A stretch of DNA of 64,000 nt from Dicyema japonicum (taxonomy: Eukaryota > Animalia > Dicyemida). Positions 10,840 through 23,475 of this stretch are shown piece after piece. Both the position numbers and the translations under genes were made by a program. Positions within the stretch are counted from its first letter, which is position 1; every line of letters starts with the position of its first letter. The stretch covers positions 972,181 to 1,036,180 of the forward strand of contig RDEW01000013.1 of assembly GCA_011109175.1 (NCBI GenBank), in the 5' to 3' direction. Under the pieces are notes generated by a model. The model made no database searches, was not told where the DNA came from, and worked only from the letters and a program-made list of their open reading frames with translations.

Positions 10840-13610
10840 GGTGACGTCATGTGACTCGCCATTTTCAATATTTTACCAAATCCAGTTTAAAAATAAAATC
10901 TTCTTTCTCACGTCCAATATCTAACTGTTCTTTTTCTGTGGGTACCCAAAATGTAAGAGGACTCAATCCAACATATAAGAAGCTTCAGCTGTCACGAGAT
11001 TTGGATCACTATAAGGTATCAGTATGCTGCCTACAGGAAACAAAAATAGGCATGCGGGTGGGAAATTATCATTTGATTAGCCTTCCAACAACGTGTCGTC
11101 ACTATGGTCTTGGATTTGCTATTCATCACACATTGTATAGTCGTATATCTTGGATGTGGGTCGTTACAGACAGGATTGCGGTACTGCAAATCTGGTGGGG
11201 AAGCAAACTAAACTCTACAGTGACAATCATCAACATATACGTCCCGACTGGAATCAGGGAATCTGCGAATCCAGAAGAACTAGACGAACCCAGCGAGACA
11301 CAAGACGACGTGGACTGGAACTAAGAAGGATTTGCAAGAAATTACATGAAAATATATAATCAAATTGACTACATACTATGCAGACGAGGTCACAAACATC
11401 TCCTCGTAGACTCCAGGTCATTTGGAGGATTAGAGACAAATAGTGATCATAAAATTGTGGTTACTCGCATTGGACTATACAAAGTTCATAACCGAATGAA
11501 AACACCTTCCAATTAAAAAGCAGGAGCAATATGATATCCAATTATTACATGACAAGTCTACTCAACAGAAATATGCGTATCAACTAAATCTTGAACTTAA
11601 TGATATCGACGAAACTAAACCTGTTCATATTATTAGGGATAAATTCACAAAGTCGATAAAAGGTACAGCATGTGATGTGTTGGGAAGTATTACAAAAGCC
11701 CGTAAATTTTACAATCATGATATTTGCGTCCTATCAGAAAACCAGAAAGCCTTAGATTGAAAATAGAAAACTCAAGGTCTCCAGAAAAGGCCAAGGAACT
11801 TCGGCAACAACGAAACCGAACATTATTAAAAATCAAGCAAACTCAGAAATTCCTAACAGCTAAAGAAATAGAAAAACAAATTGAAGACATTGAAAAATAT
11901 AATGATGGAGTGAAAATGTTCAAAGCTATTCAATTAATTAATAAGAAAAAGAGTGCAAGCTCCATAATAATCAATGACATCCTTGGCAGAATAATTATAG
12001 ATGAAAAGGACAAAGCAGCTACTATATCTGCTTATTACTATCATATGCTCAACTGGGACAACGAAATAGGCTATAAATTTGGTGCACAAGTCAAGCATGG
12101 TTAGGACATCCCAATAAACAAACAAGAAACACTGGATGCAATTAAAAAATTGAAAAATGACAGATCGGCAGGACCAGATAATATCCCAGCCGAACTTATA
12201 AAGTATGCCCCAGTGAAGTTGGTAACAATCATTACCAATATACTCAACAAAATATTTAAAGAAAACACTACGTTAGACATTGGCAAGGGTTGGTTAATTC
12301 CACTGCAAAAACTGGGAAAACCCAAAGGGCCCCTTTCCAACCTAAGACCAATCATCCTACTAACTACGCTGCGAAAAATCTTGTCATTACATTGGAAAGA
12401 ATCAAAGATAAGGTAGAGTATTTTCTGTCACCAGGACAAAGTGGTTTCCGGTCAGGCAGATCCACTGCCGGTGTCATTTGGACACACAGATGGTCAAGTG
12501 CTCTATGCCAAAAATATAAAAAGTGCATAGATGTTCTCGGAATAGACATGTCCAGAGCGTTTGACTCGGTTCATAGAGGCAAACTTCTTGAAGTACTTAC
12601 AAGCTTCCAAACAACGGATGATGTCAAATTTATACAAAAACTACTGCAGAATACGCAACTAGCAGCCAAACTCGGAAAAACTACTTCAGAATTCTATTAT
12701 ACTTCACGTGGAATTCCGCAAGGAGACTCTTTGTCACCAGTTCTATTCATAATCTACCTGGAGGCTGCACTGAGAGATTTCAGGCCTTTAATTGAGAACA
12801 ACAAAATAATCGAGTTAATATATGCAGACGATCTTGACTTTGTTTGTGAAAATGTTGAAATTCTTCATTACGTTCTTAAGAACTTACATTTCTAAATGGT
12901 TCTTAGTTGTTAACCAAGACAAAACTGAATATACAAAACTTGTACGAGTTGTACGCAATTACGACGAATCATGGAGAAGGCATAAAAAAGTTGGTTCATT
13001 ACTTGGTGACTCAGAAGATGTTACCCACAGAAAAATCATTTCCACTGCAGCATATAAAAAATTCTAAACAACAGGCGTTCTAAGAAGAGCATAACTACGA
13101 ATTCAAAGCTAAAATTGTATAAAACATTCGTGACATACAACATGGAGGATTACGAAACGGGAAATGGACAATCTTGATCAATTTCATAAAAATCAACTAA
13201 GAAACATTTTGAGAATACATTTCCCGAAAAAGATATCAAATTCAGAACTGTACAAAAGATGTGGCTTAAGGCCATTATCAGAGGAGATTCACAAGGCAAG
13301 GTGGAGACTTTTTGGTCACATCTTACGAATGGATATGTTGACTCCACCAAACATTGCAATAGAGAACTATTTCGCACAACTGAAGGGATCATTCCGTGGC
13401 AGGCCTAGAGTGACGTTGCCTTCAATAGTAAATGATAACCTAATCAGAATAAACAAAACTCGACGAAATGGTAAAGATCTTGACTCACTACGAGCAATGT
13501 CCCGGAACAGGGGAACATTGAAGCGGATGAGTGGGTGGATATTTGACGTGGCACAAAAAGAACTTAATTAGTCTAATTAATTTTTAAATTCCCGGGAGTG
13601 CTTAAAAAAT
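10840..13610 (+). mobile_element. Near full-length RTE-clade LINE (APE + RT), frameshifted
   Basis: TQNVRGL, CCLQETK, IINIYVP (APE); AGPDNIPAEL, NLRPIILL, QSGFRSGRS, GIPQGDSLSPVLF, YADDLD (RT); WRLFGHILRM, RGRPR at the C-terminus. Confidence 0.92.
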
Positions 13611-13708
13611 AAAAAAATATCTATAATTTATGAATCTATTATACTAAATAATAAACCACAACAACAATTAGTAAAATAGTTAATGGAAATTACTCAAATG
13701 TGTTAACT

Positions 13709-15950
13709 TTAATGATAATTGATGTAATTCTAAATTATAAAAATAACAACATTGTAATTTGTTTGAAAAAGCTCAGCATAGTAATGGATCTCTTTCATAT
13801 TGGATAGTAAACATACAGTCTCAATTTTCAAAATAATGTTATGAGAAACAAACATGTCCATAAATAAGGAATTATGATACAATGATATTAGACTGGCACA
13901 TTCCCACACAGCCCAAAGCCAAATTCGTTCATCTGTGTTCACATTTAATAAATTTATCGTTGACTCCATTGACCTTAGGAAATACCTATGAAATACCTCA
14001 TATCTAAATCAACAGAAAATATCGTATCTATGATATCACAGCTGATTAAAAAATTAAGATTTTTTATAAACTGAACAATTTTTTCTAGAATGTGTTCACG
14101 TGGATTCAAATCACTAAAATTAGAATTCAAAAAAGTAGGAAAAATATCATTTGGATCACATAATATCTGGCAGATACATCTATATAAAAAATAGGTGACA
14201 TCAGTAGAACGGTTTAAGTATTCAATTTCCCTTTTCAATAAACAAAAATATTACAATATAAGATCTAGTAGACGATGAGTCCTTATTAAATATCTGGTGT
14301 TTGAGGATTTAGCCATATTTTCCACAATTTTAAATAAAAGAATAATATATAATTGTCACTATAGGTAGACACAGAAAATCTGTCGAAAAAATAATAAATA
14401 TAATAAATACCACTATAATCAAGAAACAAATTCACATTCTTTTCATTTTCGTCTACAAGAATATATTTTAAATATCTAGAAGACACTTCAACAAACTAAA
14501 ACGGAGTATATTATTTTTGTCATCTTTTTTAAACTGTTCAACGCATTACTAAAAATGTATTGATTTTAGAACTTTGACAAGTCCTTCAGAATAGCCAAGA
14601 TAGGCAAGAAGATTGATACTCAATTTTTTTACAATATAACGAGGATGAAGATAAAAAGCATTTTTCCAGTAGTGAAGTTTTATTAACACAATTGATAGTG
14701 CAGGAAGCTAAAAATAAGAATTAACAAACAAAAATAGATATCTCCCACGGTTTGAAATCAGCCAAAAACTCAAAATGAAAAGATAGCATTAAATCACACA
14801 TATCTTTATACGTAATTATGTCAAGAAAAATATCAAAAATAAAGCTATGGATGAAATCTACTTATACCAAGTATCAGCATATGAAATTGGTTGATTTATG
14901 ATTATTCTGTTTAGAATTTTCCTGAAATTAAAATATTAAATTACAGAATTGAACTAGCATACAGATATTTACAGTCATATAAAAAGCGACGGAGAAGCTA
15001 AATTTATATTTTAAAATACTCTCAAAAATGGTTTTAATAATTTATTTTCAATTTTAAATTTGAAACTAACAATCGAGTCAAAAACACCCACCAGTAGATC
15101 AATGTTATTTAAACGAAGAGCAGATCTTACTAGTTATTTAAATTTGATTCCGAATCATTCTATATTCTTTAATATAAATACAGAATCGGTTATATTTTTA
15201 CTGAAATGTAAAATTTTCCCATCTTGAAATTTTTTAAATCCCATTTTTTTAATTTTGCTTAGATTATTAAAATCAATAACTTTGTTAACTTTTTTAGTTT
15301 TCTTTTTTTAATAAAACATCCAGATAAATTTACGTAAGTAAGGTTCTTGGCTTTTTTGAAAAAAGAATAGAAATTACTGTCACATCCATTGCAGCGAAAA
15401 TAACTTGTATGTATAAAATGTCTAAAATTGAGAGAGAATCTACCTCAGAGACTCTGGACTGTTTAGGGTTGAAATAAAATTATCAAAATTGGAAATAAAA
15501 ACATCGTGAAAATTTATGCGTTCCAGTTTTTCTATTAATTTTCAATGTACTGTTAATTTTCGTTATTTTGCCGAGTCCAATGAGGGAGAGATACTTTATT
15601 TTTTCTAAATCCATCAATATACTGTATATTGATTAATTTATGAGAGACTGAAGTAGTATTCTGTGTAATAAGTCAAAGCTTTCCATGGCAAAAATTACTT
15701 GAAATCCTGAGAAGAGCTATTCATGCCTAAGTTGAAGTGTTAAAAGGAAGTGATCGTTCATTCATTTATTAATCCAACACAACCAATATAAACTATAAAG
15801 ATGAACTGTTATGTAGAATCAATATACCTTACAGTTTATACGTATGAGTTGAGATGTGTAGGTTCATGGCTTTCCTTTCTGAAAATCTATTGTTCCATCA
15901 CTTTATGCTATATTCAAGTGGATGTGACCTTAAAGGAATTGAGCCATTAT
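13709..15950 (-). CDS. ZYG11/ZER1-like LRR + armadillo protein, multi-exon with micro-introns; 5' end approximate
   Basis: Spliced translation gives LRR-like segments (KNLTYVNLSGCFI, KLERINFHDVFI). The C-terminus DVTYFLYRCICQILCD...PREHILEKI...SMESTINLL...WLWAVW resembles ZYG11B/ZER1 (EVSYF...QLWAVWA). 19-24 nt GT-AG introns. Confidence 0.6.
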
Positions 15951-16101
15951 TCATTATTATAATACTATTTTGATGAAATACGTAAATTAAAAAAATTTTA
16001 TAAAAAAAATGAACTTGATAAAAAATTTATTAATAAAATTTAAAAAATATATTTTACCTTGTTGTGTTGTTCAAGTGCTTCAAAGTTAGAATCGTCATTT
16101 A

Positions 16102-16302
16102 ATGGAAGAAACTGGTAACGATATTGTGCTTGGAATGACAAAAACTAAGGACAATTAACTTTGGTTTGCTGTAAAATGGTTGATCTGTCTTTTAATTCTC
16201 AGGGAAGGCTCTAATGAGGTCGATTTCGTGCTTGCCTCTCAAGTCTCTATGGATTATCCAGATCTTGTTATTAATTTTCATGAATCAAAACTTGCTTTTT
16301 AA
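16102..16302 (+). CDS. HP1-like protein with a chromo shadow domain only; one in-frame TAA at 16156-16158
   Basis: MEETGNDIVLGMTKTKDN*LWFAVKW/EGSNEVDFVLASQVSMDYPDLVINFHESKLAF after removing a 24-nt GT-AG intron (16179-16202) that restores the conserved KW. Matches the HP1 CSD pattern ILGAT...LMFLMKW...ADLV...CPQVVISFYEERL. Confidence 0.7.
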
Positions 16303-16689
16303 AACTCTTCATTGGCTAGATTAGTGTATGTCTTATTTTGATAGTTACATATAAGAAATTGAATTTTCATCATAATATTGCTAGGAGACTTTAGTGGTAG
16401 ACTTTGGTCTCTGTTTTGTGTTGACATGACATGTCTAATTTTCCTTACTTTAGTGGTTTCCAGTCATAACTAGCGGAATCCGTGAACATTCAATTTTTGT
16501 TGGAACTTTTGAGCTTAATTGAAGTGAACTGAGATATTCGGATAATGAAATTCTGTTCCAATGAAATTTCTCTACATTTGTCGTGTGAAACAGCTAAACC
16601 ACTCTTTAAGCTCAGAAAATGTCATAATTATTTTAACTGTTAATATATTGTGAGATTATTAAGTTAAAAATCATGTGAATTGAAAACTT

Positions 16690-17295
16690 TTATGAACACT
16701 AAATTAGAGGATCGGAATGGTGACGGAGTTTCTGGATGTCTAATTAATCGGAATGGTGACGGAGGCTTGGAAATCAAGAGGCGAATTGCCATGGGACGAG
16801 ACACCTTCCAGAGAATGAATAGAATTAGGAAAACAAAGAGATATTTCCTTAAGGATCAAATGCAGACTAGTTAATGCAATCGTGTTCCCGTTTTTTTCTA
16901 TACGGCGCAGAATCATGAAAAAGGCGGATAGACGAAAAATTGATGCTTTTGAGCTGTGGTGCAGGAGGCGGTTACTAAGAATCCCTTGGACTTTTAAATA
17001 ACAAACATCGATGTACTCAAATGGGTAGAGACTGACATTTCGCTAGAAGGAAGAATCGTTAAAACACCAGATTGGCGTTCTTTGGGATGTTGTCCGCTCT
17101 GATTCACTGGAAAAACCATTATGTGAGCAATATTACTGGAGAGAAGACCTGGCAGACCAAAGATTCCGGTGGCTATTTACGGTGGAAAGACGTCACGGAA
17201 TGCCTATTATCAAGGCTACTCCAAATTGCAACGGATCGGGGAGAGTGGAGGAAACTCGTTCATGAGATCTCCAAGGGTCGGACACGACTTGCTCG
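16690..17295 (+). mobile_element. RTE LINE 3' fragment, same family as 4920-5335
   Basis: EIKRRIAMGRDTF...KIDAFELWCRRRLLRIP...ATDRGEWRKLV; high nucleotide identity to 4945-5310. Confidence 0.85.
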
Positions 17296-17329
17296 AGAAA
17301 AATCTCAACACATGTATGAACAAATATTT

Positions 17330-17600
17330 TCTACTCTCACTTTGGGCAGTGTTTATGGCGAAAATACAAAATCTAGGACTGCAGGCATGGTATAATGACC
17401 CAGCAAATGCAAACTTAATTAAAAGTATTCAAACACTGGCTTTTGTTCCTGTACCTCATCATTGAGAGTTTCCGCGCGCTCCTTGAAACTATAGATGACG
17501 AGACTGATGACGTGTTGGGAGATATTCTGACGTGTTGGGAGACCCCTGGACGTTCTGTTTGATAAACCATCCATGTTCACCAAACGAATTGCGCCGACCA
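17330..17600 (+). mobile_element. MULE/Mutator transposase remnant
   Basis: HFGQCLWRKIQNLGLQAWY...LIKSIQTLAFVP matches the MULE motif FH..QA.WRKIQ..GL...LAFVP. Confidence 0.7.
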
Positions 17601-17689
17601 TTACAGTTGTAGTCCGCCTCTTTTCTTCAAGGAAAAATAGATTTAGGCGACCATTGGAGCTTTTGGTCGCAGATGTAAAGGAGCGGAAG

Positions 17690-18900
17690 GTTTGCAACCG
17701 ATTCAAGTTAAGGATCTCACCTCCGCTGCAATTTTTGAGGCTAGAAGGAACTATCTATCGCCTTATCGAAAGGATGTTAAATAGAACCTTACTATTTTGC
17801 AGGAGATCTTTTTTGGGGTAAATCTGCATGCTTTCCGCAAGGATGATGTAAGGATTCGTCCGCTCGCTGTCATAAATCTTTAAATTATGCTCGAAATCGC
17901 CGCAAGACGTCTACTTACCCCATTGGCGCTCAACTAGTCACCCTCCTAAGTGGATGTCGCTATTAAGGCTGATTTTCATGCAGTCATATCCTTTTTTACC
18001 TCTAATGGCACCATTCTGGGGACGGCTGCTGTCAAATTGGAGATCTCAAACGCATTCAACATCATTAGACACGACTGCCTTCCAGAAGAATGTCAGAAAT
18101 TTGAAAGCTGCTATTCATGGTATAAGGAACGTATAGAGAAATATTGTCCGCTCATTCACCCCCTTTACGTGAACTCGGTCTGATTGAATTTTATGGAATA
18201 TTTAACATCTGGATGGTTGGTGGTTTCTTCGTTTTCGTTGCTAAGAATTTGGTTAATAGCTGGTAGACAGCATCGAGTTTGATCATTCTTGACGTTTTCT
18301 TATGTGATGATAAACTAAAAGTGGTCTCTTCACAAAGGAAAGGGATCTTGGATCCATGTATTGAACACTGACTCTCTTTAATGCCATGATGTATTTTTTT
18401 CTTATAGAGTTAGATGTTCTGTACATTTACATTAGGTCATTGACTATGACCGAAGATATCTAGACATCTAATTGGACAGCCAAAGTTGGTCTTAATATCA
18501 ATTTTTATTAATATGGTGGTGACGGAATTTACACTTCTTATCTAGTCTATTTCTTTTATGACGTGCTTCAAATTATTGCCGCAAACTGAGTAAATAATTT
18601 TCTAGTTTCGTTCATGATACATTAATGTTCGGACTATGGAAGAGACAGGTTTGACTTTCCCCAGGATAAACTGTATCAAAAATTATGGGACAAGGTTCAT
18701 TAGAGGCCGTCCCTCAAAGAGGTAAAGAAGTGCCTTAATCAGCACCACCTTGCTTGTCTCCAGACGTCGTGCATAGAAGATAGCAGATGTTAGCTCAACG
18801 TTTACCAACTTCACAGCATATACACTTAGTTTCATCGTCGTAACATGGTTGACCGAGAAAGATGGACTTCGTGAAGGTTCCCTGAAATCATCAAAAATGG
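17690..18900 (+). mobile_element. Degenerate CRE-like LINE RT region
   Basis: FGVNLHAFRKDDVRIRPLAV and VKLEISNAFNIIRHD, followed by decayed downstream motifs. Confidence 0.65.
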
Positions 18901-19959
18901 TCTGATCGAAAGGAGGAGACTATAAAATACTTAACTATTTGAGATCGTTTCCGTTTTCTCCATCGCTTCTGTAACCACTGAAGCGATCTGAAGAATGGCT
19001 AAAGGAACAAGCGACAAAATGGGGAATACAATTGCAAAAGACGACGGTTTTCACAACGCCTGGGAATTCACATCGTACCGGCAATGTCCACTGTTTCCAA
19101 GCATCTAATACATGAATTGGTACAAATGTCCACTAGAATAAAAATTAAATTCAAATATAAATCAATTCAATTATTTTTATAAATTCACAATTTATTTTTA
19201 TATTAAATTTCTCTGACATCTGAGTGTAATGTATTTCACTTAAAATGTTAAAAAACATGTAATTTAGACAACTGCGAAAAACATAGCAAAAAACTTCATG
19301 AGCCACATAAATTGAACGAAAAATTAAATTTCTCCAAAGTAGATCGTCCGATAACTTGAAACAGATGGGACTAGAAATCAAATTAAAAGCCAACTAATGG
19401 CTAGGCAATCTTAGTAGTTGTAGCATCCCATACATATACAGACTGATCTGAAAATCCTCAGGGAACCAGTAAGGTGACCATGAACTTCTCAAAGAAACTA
19501 AATTATTAAATAAAAACAAACGCCTCCATGATAGTGACTTAACCCTAAAATACTTTTCAAAACGATTAGTTTAAATCAAAAAGAACAAATATCCAAAAAA
19601 ACGGACTAACATTAAAAATTAAAGACCACCAATATTATCCATAGCATTTGAAAACCTTCTGGACTCAAGCCCAGTTATAGTGTAAGTATGGCAGATGCTT
19701 TCAAGAGACAATCCATGGTGTCAATTCATAGAATAAAAACTTTCGCACTCTCCGATAGTATTCAATAATCCTTCAATGCATAGACTTGACAAACTTATAA
19801 CTCGGTCCATCCGAGGAGATGCAAATAAATTATCAACTGGGGAAACTTCCGACATAAAATAGCACGTTTACGACCTGGTAATTATTATTAAAAACCAAAA
19901 ATCACCGACAAATTAATTAACTACATAGCCGTCAGGTGATTCCGCCCGCCTCGAGTAGC

Positions 19960-20810
19960 CATCTCATTCCTGCTCGGTGTTCTTCCGAGTTCCAACGGTT
20001 TTCCTCACTAATTCCTCGAAAGGTGTAGGGTTTAGAGGTTTCCAAGAAAACCTTTGCAAAACCTTACTGGCCATTTTTTGGAAGGTATTGACTTTTTCTA
20101 TAATCCTGTTTGATCGGTTGGTTCCCCATGCAGCACACCCGTAAGTTAGAGACGGTTGAATATACTGCAAGTAGAGCGAGTCCAAATTTGAGTTGAAACA
20201 CCCCTTATATTGTCCAAGGAGTGTTTTGACAAAATTTAGCTTTCGTTGTGCCGAAGAGATGACGTTGTCGATTTGTTTGCTGAAGGTCAAGAGTGGGTCG
20301 TAAGTTACGCCCAGTATCTTGACAGAGTTGGTCGTGGGGATTGAGTTTCCATTTATGGTTACACATTGAGCGGAGTTTGTCAATCTTCTGTTGTGAAAAT
20401 TGTTGTATAAGATTTTTCGGGACTTGTGTGTAGAATGTTCTTAACGAGCCAACAGTTCAGATCGTCCAATGAAGATTGTATCCGGTAAGCAGTATTAACG
20501 CACTGGTCTTTGACTGCGACGATTATATCATCCGCATATGTCTGAACCAGAGTATCGTCACTGGTAAGGGAGGGCATGTCGTTCAAGAATAGGTTGAATA
20601 GGTGTGATGAAAGTGGAGATCCTGAAGGACCCCATTTGGAAGGAACTTGGTCACTGATCTAGTTTTTCCAACAGTTACTCTTCCTCTTCTTCCATTTGGG
20701 AAATTAGCAATCCACATTTTCAGGTTGTTTTGGAATTTTTGACGTAAAGATCTTCCTTGTCAAAAGCTTTCTTTGGACAGTATCAAAAGCCTTTTCTATA
20801 TCGATATACT
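19960..20810 (-). mobile_element. I-group/Vingi-like RT fragment
   Basis: IDIEKAFDTV, GSPLSSHLFNLFLNDMP, QTYADDI, VKILGVTYDPLLTFSKQID, YIQPSLTYGCAAW. Confidence 0.8.
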
Positions 20811-21030
20811 ATAATTTAATTATTGGACCTTAAAAGCTTGATTATCGTGCAATCTATGGTTAATTTACTAAACATACTGAATCCATTTTTTGCTTTTTAC
20901 AGGAGATTGATCACCTCTTATTTTTGCAGCTAAAGCCATAATCAAGCACATCAACAAAAACAAAAATACTTTTAATTTTAATTAAATTAATAAAATTATT
21001 AATTACTTTATTTATTATAATATGAAACCC

Positions 21031-21200
21031 TAGAGAGCCTGACACTGGAGTATAGGAGGCAGTGCTCTGAGACTCCATATGGGCAGAGGGTTCAATTGGA
21101 CAAGGCGCTGGAGTTGTTTCAGCAACCAGAATCGAACCTGCCTGAAGAGGCTTAACAGGCAGGCGAGGAAGGTTGTTGATTATTAAATATTAACTTTTTT
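21031..21200 (+). mobile_element. Repeat 'A': probable 3' end of an RTE-like LINE with a conserved stem-loop
   Basis: Colinear with 37840-38005; ends in a T-run; hairpin CCTGCCTG/CAGGCAGG inside CAGCAACC/GGTTGTTG. Confidence 0.55.
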
Positions 21201-22955
21201 ATTGTTGGTTAAATAAAATTAGAACATTTATAATGTGAATTTAGTCATTACAATTTTCCTACTAAATATCGTTGAGTCAAGAACATAATTTTTTAACTGA
21301 GAAACCGTTCAATAGGACGTAATATTGAATGTTGATGTATCACATAGGTTCGCTCGACTAGACTTAAAGTTTCTTTCACTAAGTCCTTAATGACTTTAAA
21401 CACAACCCATATAAGGGTCTGCTACAACAATTCATGAATCCTGATAACACAATTATCTCTGTCAGTACCACTCTATACACCGTGGGAGATTGCTAGTCCA
21501 GGTACTTTCTTTTACTAAATTTGGGGGAAAGCAGGTATAGCAGATGTACAGCATGACGATCTCATTCAAAAACTCTGGAAGCAATACTTGGTGGCTATTT
21601 ACAATCTACCTCTACTTTAACCCATATTGAACTATGCGAGTGCACTATGTTCAATATCCATGAGGTAATTTTCCGAGTCAAACTGAGGTACCATGTCACA
21701 ATTTATATTTTTGTCAAAAATGAAAAAACCTGTAATCAGTCGCTAAAAGGTCGATAGTCGAACTGATAAATCCTGAGTTAAACTCACCTGAGTCAAAGAT
21801 TACTTACATCTCATCAGTTTAATTGAGGATTGCCTCGTGTAGAACGGAGGGGATGACTTCTTGAACTATTGTAAACCACTAAACAAAGTTCACTTTGTCC
21901 ATTTTTACGAGAATTGAGGTTTTTTAGTACTATCGCTGTAATTTATAAGAAAATGCTTTCAGAATCAATTTATTGACTCATAACCGCGTTGAAACTGGTT
22001 ACCCAACTAAAATAAAGCGAAAAAAGACCTCTTGGGGTTCCTTTGGAGTAGAAAGAGGTAATCCTGCTTGAAATCCCTTTTCCGGACAAACTGGAACATG
22101 TCTTAAATGTTATGTCAATCAATACAGTTTATATGGAAGTGTCCAGTTATCATTGATGGCACAAATCTTATTGATAAAAAAGTAACTGGGAGGTGACGTT
22201 ATGTTTTAAAGGACGCTATGGTCCACAAAAGTCACGAAATCTAAAATGAGTCAATTTTATGAACTGGAAATGTTTTTCTTTTATGTTTTTTTATTTTCCT
22301 CCTTCGATAAGCGATCCAATACAATTCACAGAAATTAGTGATCTGTTTCCAATGAGTCCTGATGTCCTCACAGCGACTGTTTCAAAGATGACCTCATTAA
22401 TATTTCTTCTTTAGAGTTGAGAAGGGTAAGTTGCATTCATTGCAAGGTTTGAGAGAAAAAGCTTATAAAAAACATTGTCGTTATATTTATATAATGGAAA
22501 CAGTCAAGGAAACTTTTGTGTTCACAAAAAAGTTTGTTCACAAAATATTTAAAAACATTCACGCCACATTCTTAAATGCCATAAATACCTTAAAAATTGG
22601 CATTATTGATGAGAGACTACTGACAAATCTATTGTGGTTGTTTATGATGATTTCTTCTCAAACTTATTAAGACAAAATCAAAATTTTAGATAATCACTAG
22701 TTTTTTAAGGTTTGTTTTCTGAATTCACAGTGAAATTTAATAAATTAATAAAGCCTATTTGAAGTCATCGTGGCGGTGAGATCGCAGGATTTTGAATGAG
22801 TTGCCAGATCCCCGATTCGCTAAAGTCATTCCAATAAGAAAAAATGGTTGAAATCACGCTTACTCCATTAACAATCCTTATTTAATGAATTTACTTTAAA
22901 GTGTCAGTTAATAAACACAAAACCCAATTTAACACCAAAAGTGAATACACGAGAA

Positions 22956-23475
22956 TTAATTAAAGTATTCCCGTCTTATCTCAACCGGGAATGTAACACA
23001 GTAGATGATATTACCATCCCCATCCACGTTTATGTATTTCATCATCATGCAGGGATTCTACAAATGTTCAAAAAAACTAACTATCTGTAAATTCGAAAAA
23101 TATTTTCTTATGAATCCAAACCTATATGTCATTCCAGCTGTCAAAGAACATGTCGTACAATTATTAGTCATTTGGATTTTTTCATTATTTGGGGTTTCAT
23201 TGAAAGGACATTGGTTCCCACTAAAAACAGTCAATTTTTCTCTTAAAGAAGTTGAATTATAATCTAATAAAACTCACAAACCACCTGATATAAAAGTTAC
23301 TTTGGTAGCTATATCCGTTCTGCTTCTCAATAAAGCATCGTTGGTGACGCTAACACTGAGTGTGTTGTCCTTTCCCTCTAAGTTTATGTTTTTAATAGTT
23401 AATACCACAATTCTCAAAGGGGAGTTCATAGGAATTGACTTTTAGAAATAAGACACAGAAAATCGCACCGTACAT
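22956..23475 (-). CDS. Secreted ML-domain (NPC2/MD-2-like) lipid-binding protein, paralog 1; 4 exons
   Basis: Introns 23378-23405 (28 nt), 23264-23281 (18 nt) and 23058-23081 (24 nt) give MYGAIFCVLFLKVNS-YELPFENCEGKDN...TKVTFISG...CSLTAGMTYRF...DGDGNIIYCVTFPVEI. Signal peptide plus cysteine and strand pattern match NPC2 (VQFKDC, NVTFTS, CPIQKDKTYSY, DDKNQSLFCWEIPVQI). Confidence 0.75.

Noticed and set aside
16156-16158. Stop-codon reassignment (TAA/TAG read as sense), prompted by in-frame TAA here and at 8861-8863 and by TGA ends in POLE, the kinesin and SNAPC1
   Set aside because: The POLE, kinesin and SNAPC1 exons I translated use CAA/CAG for Gln and contain no in-frame TAA/TAG; one NPC2-like gene ends in TAA right after the domain.
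21037-21105. tRNA or tRNA-Sec gene from A-box/B-box-like spacing (TGGAGTATAGG...GGTTCAATT)
   Set aside because: No acceptor or T-stem pairing, the anticodon-equivalent region differs between the two copies, and the upstream homology looks like a LINE ORF end.
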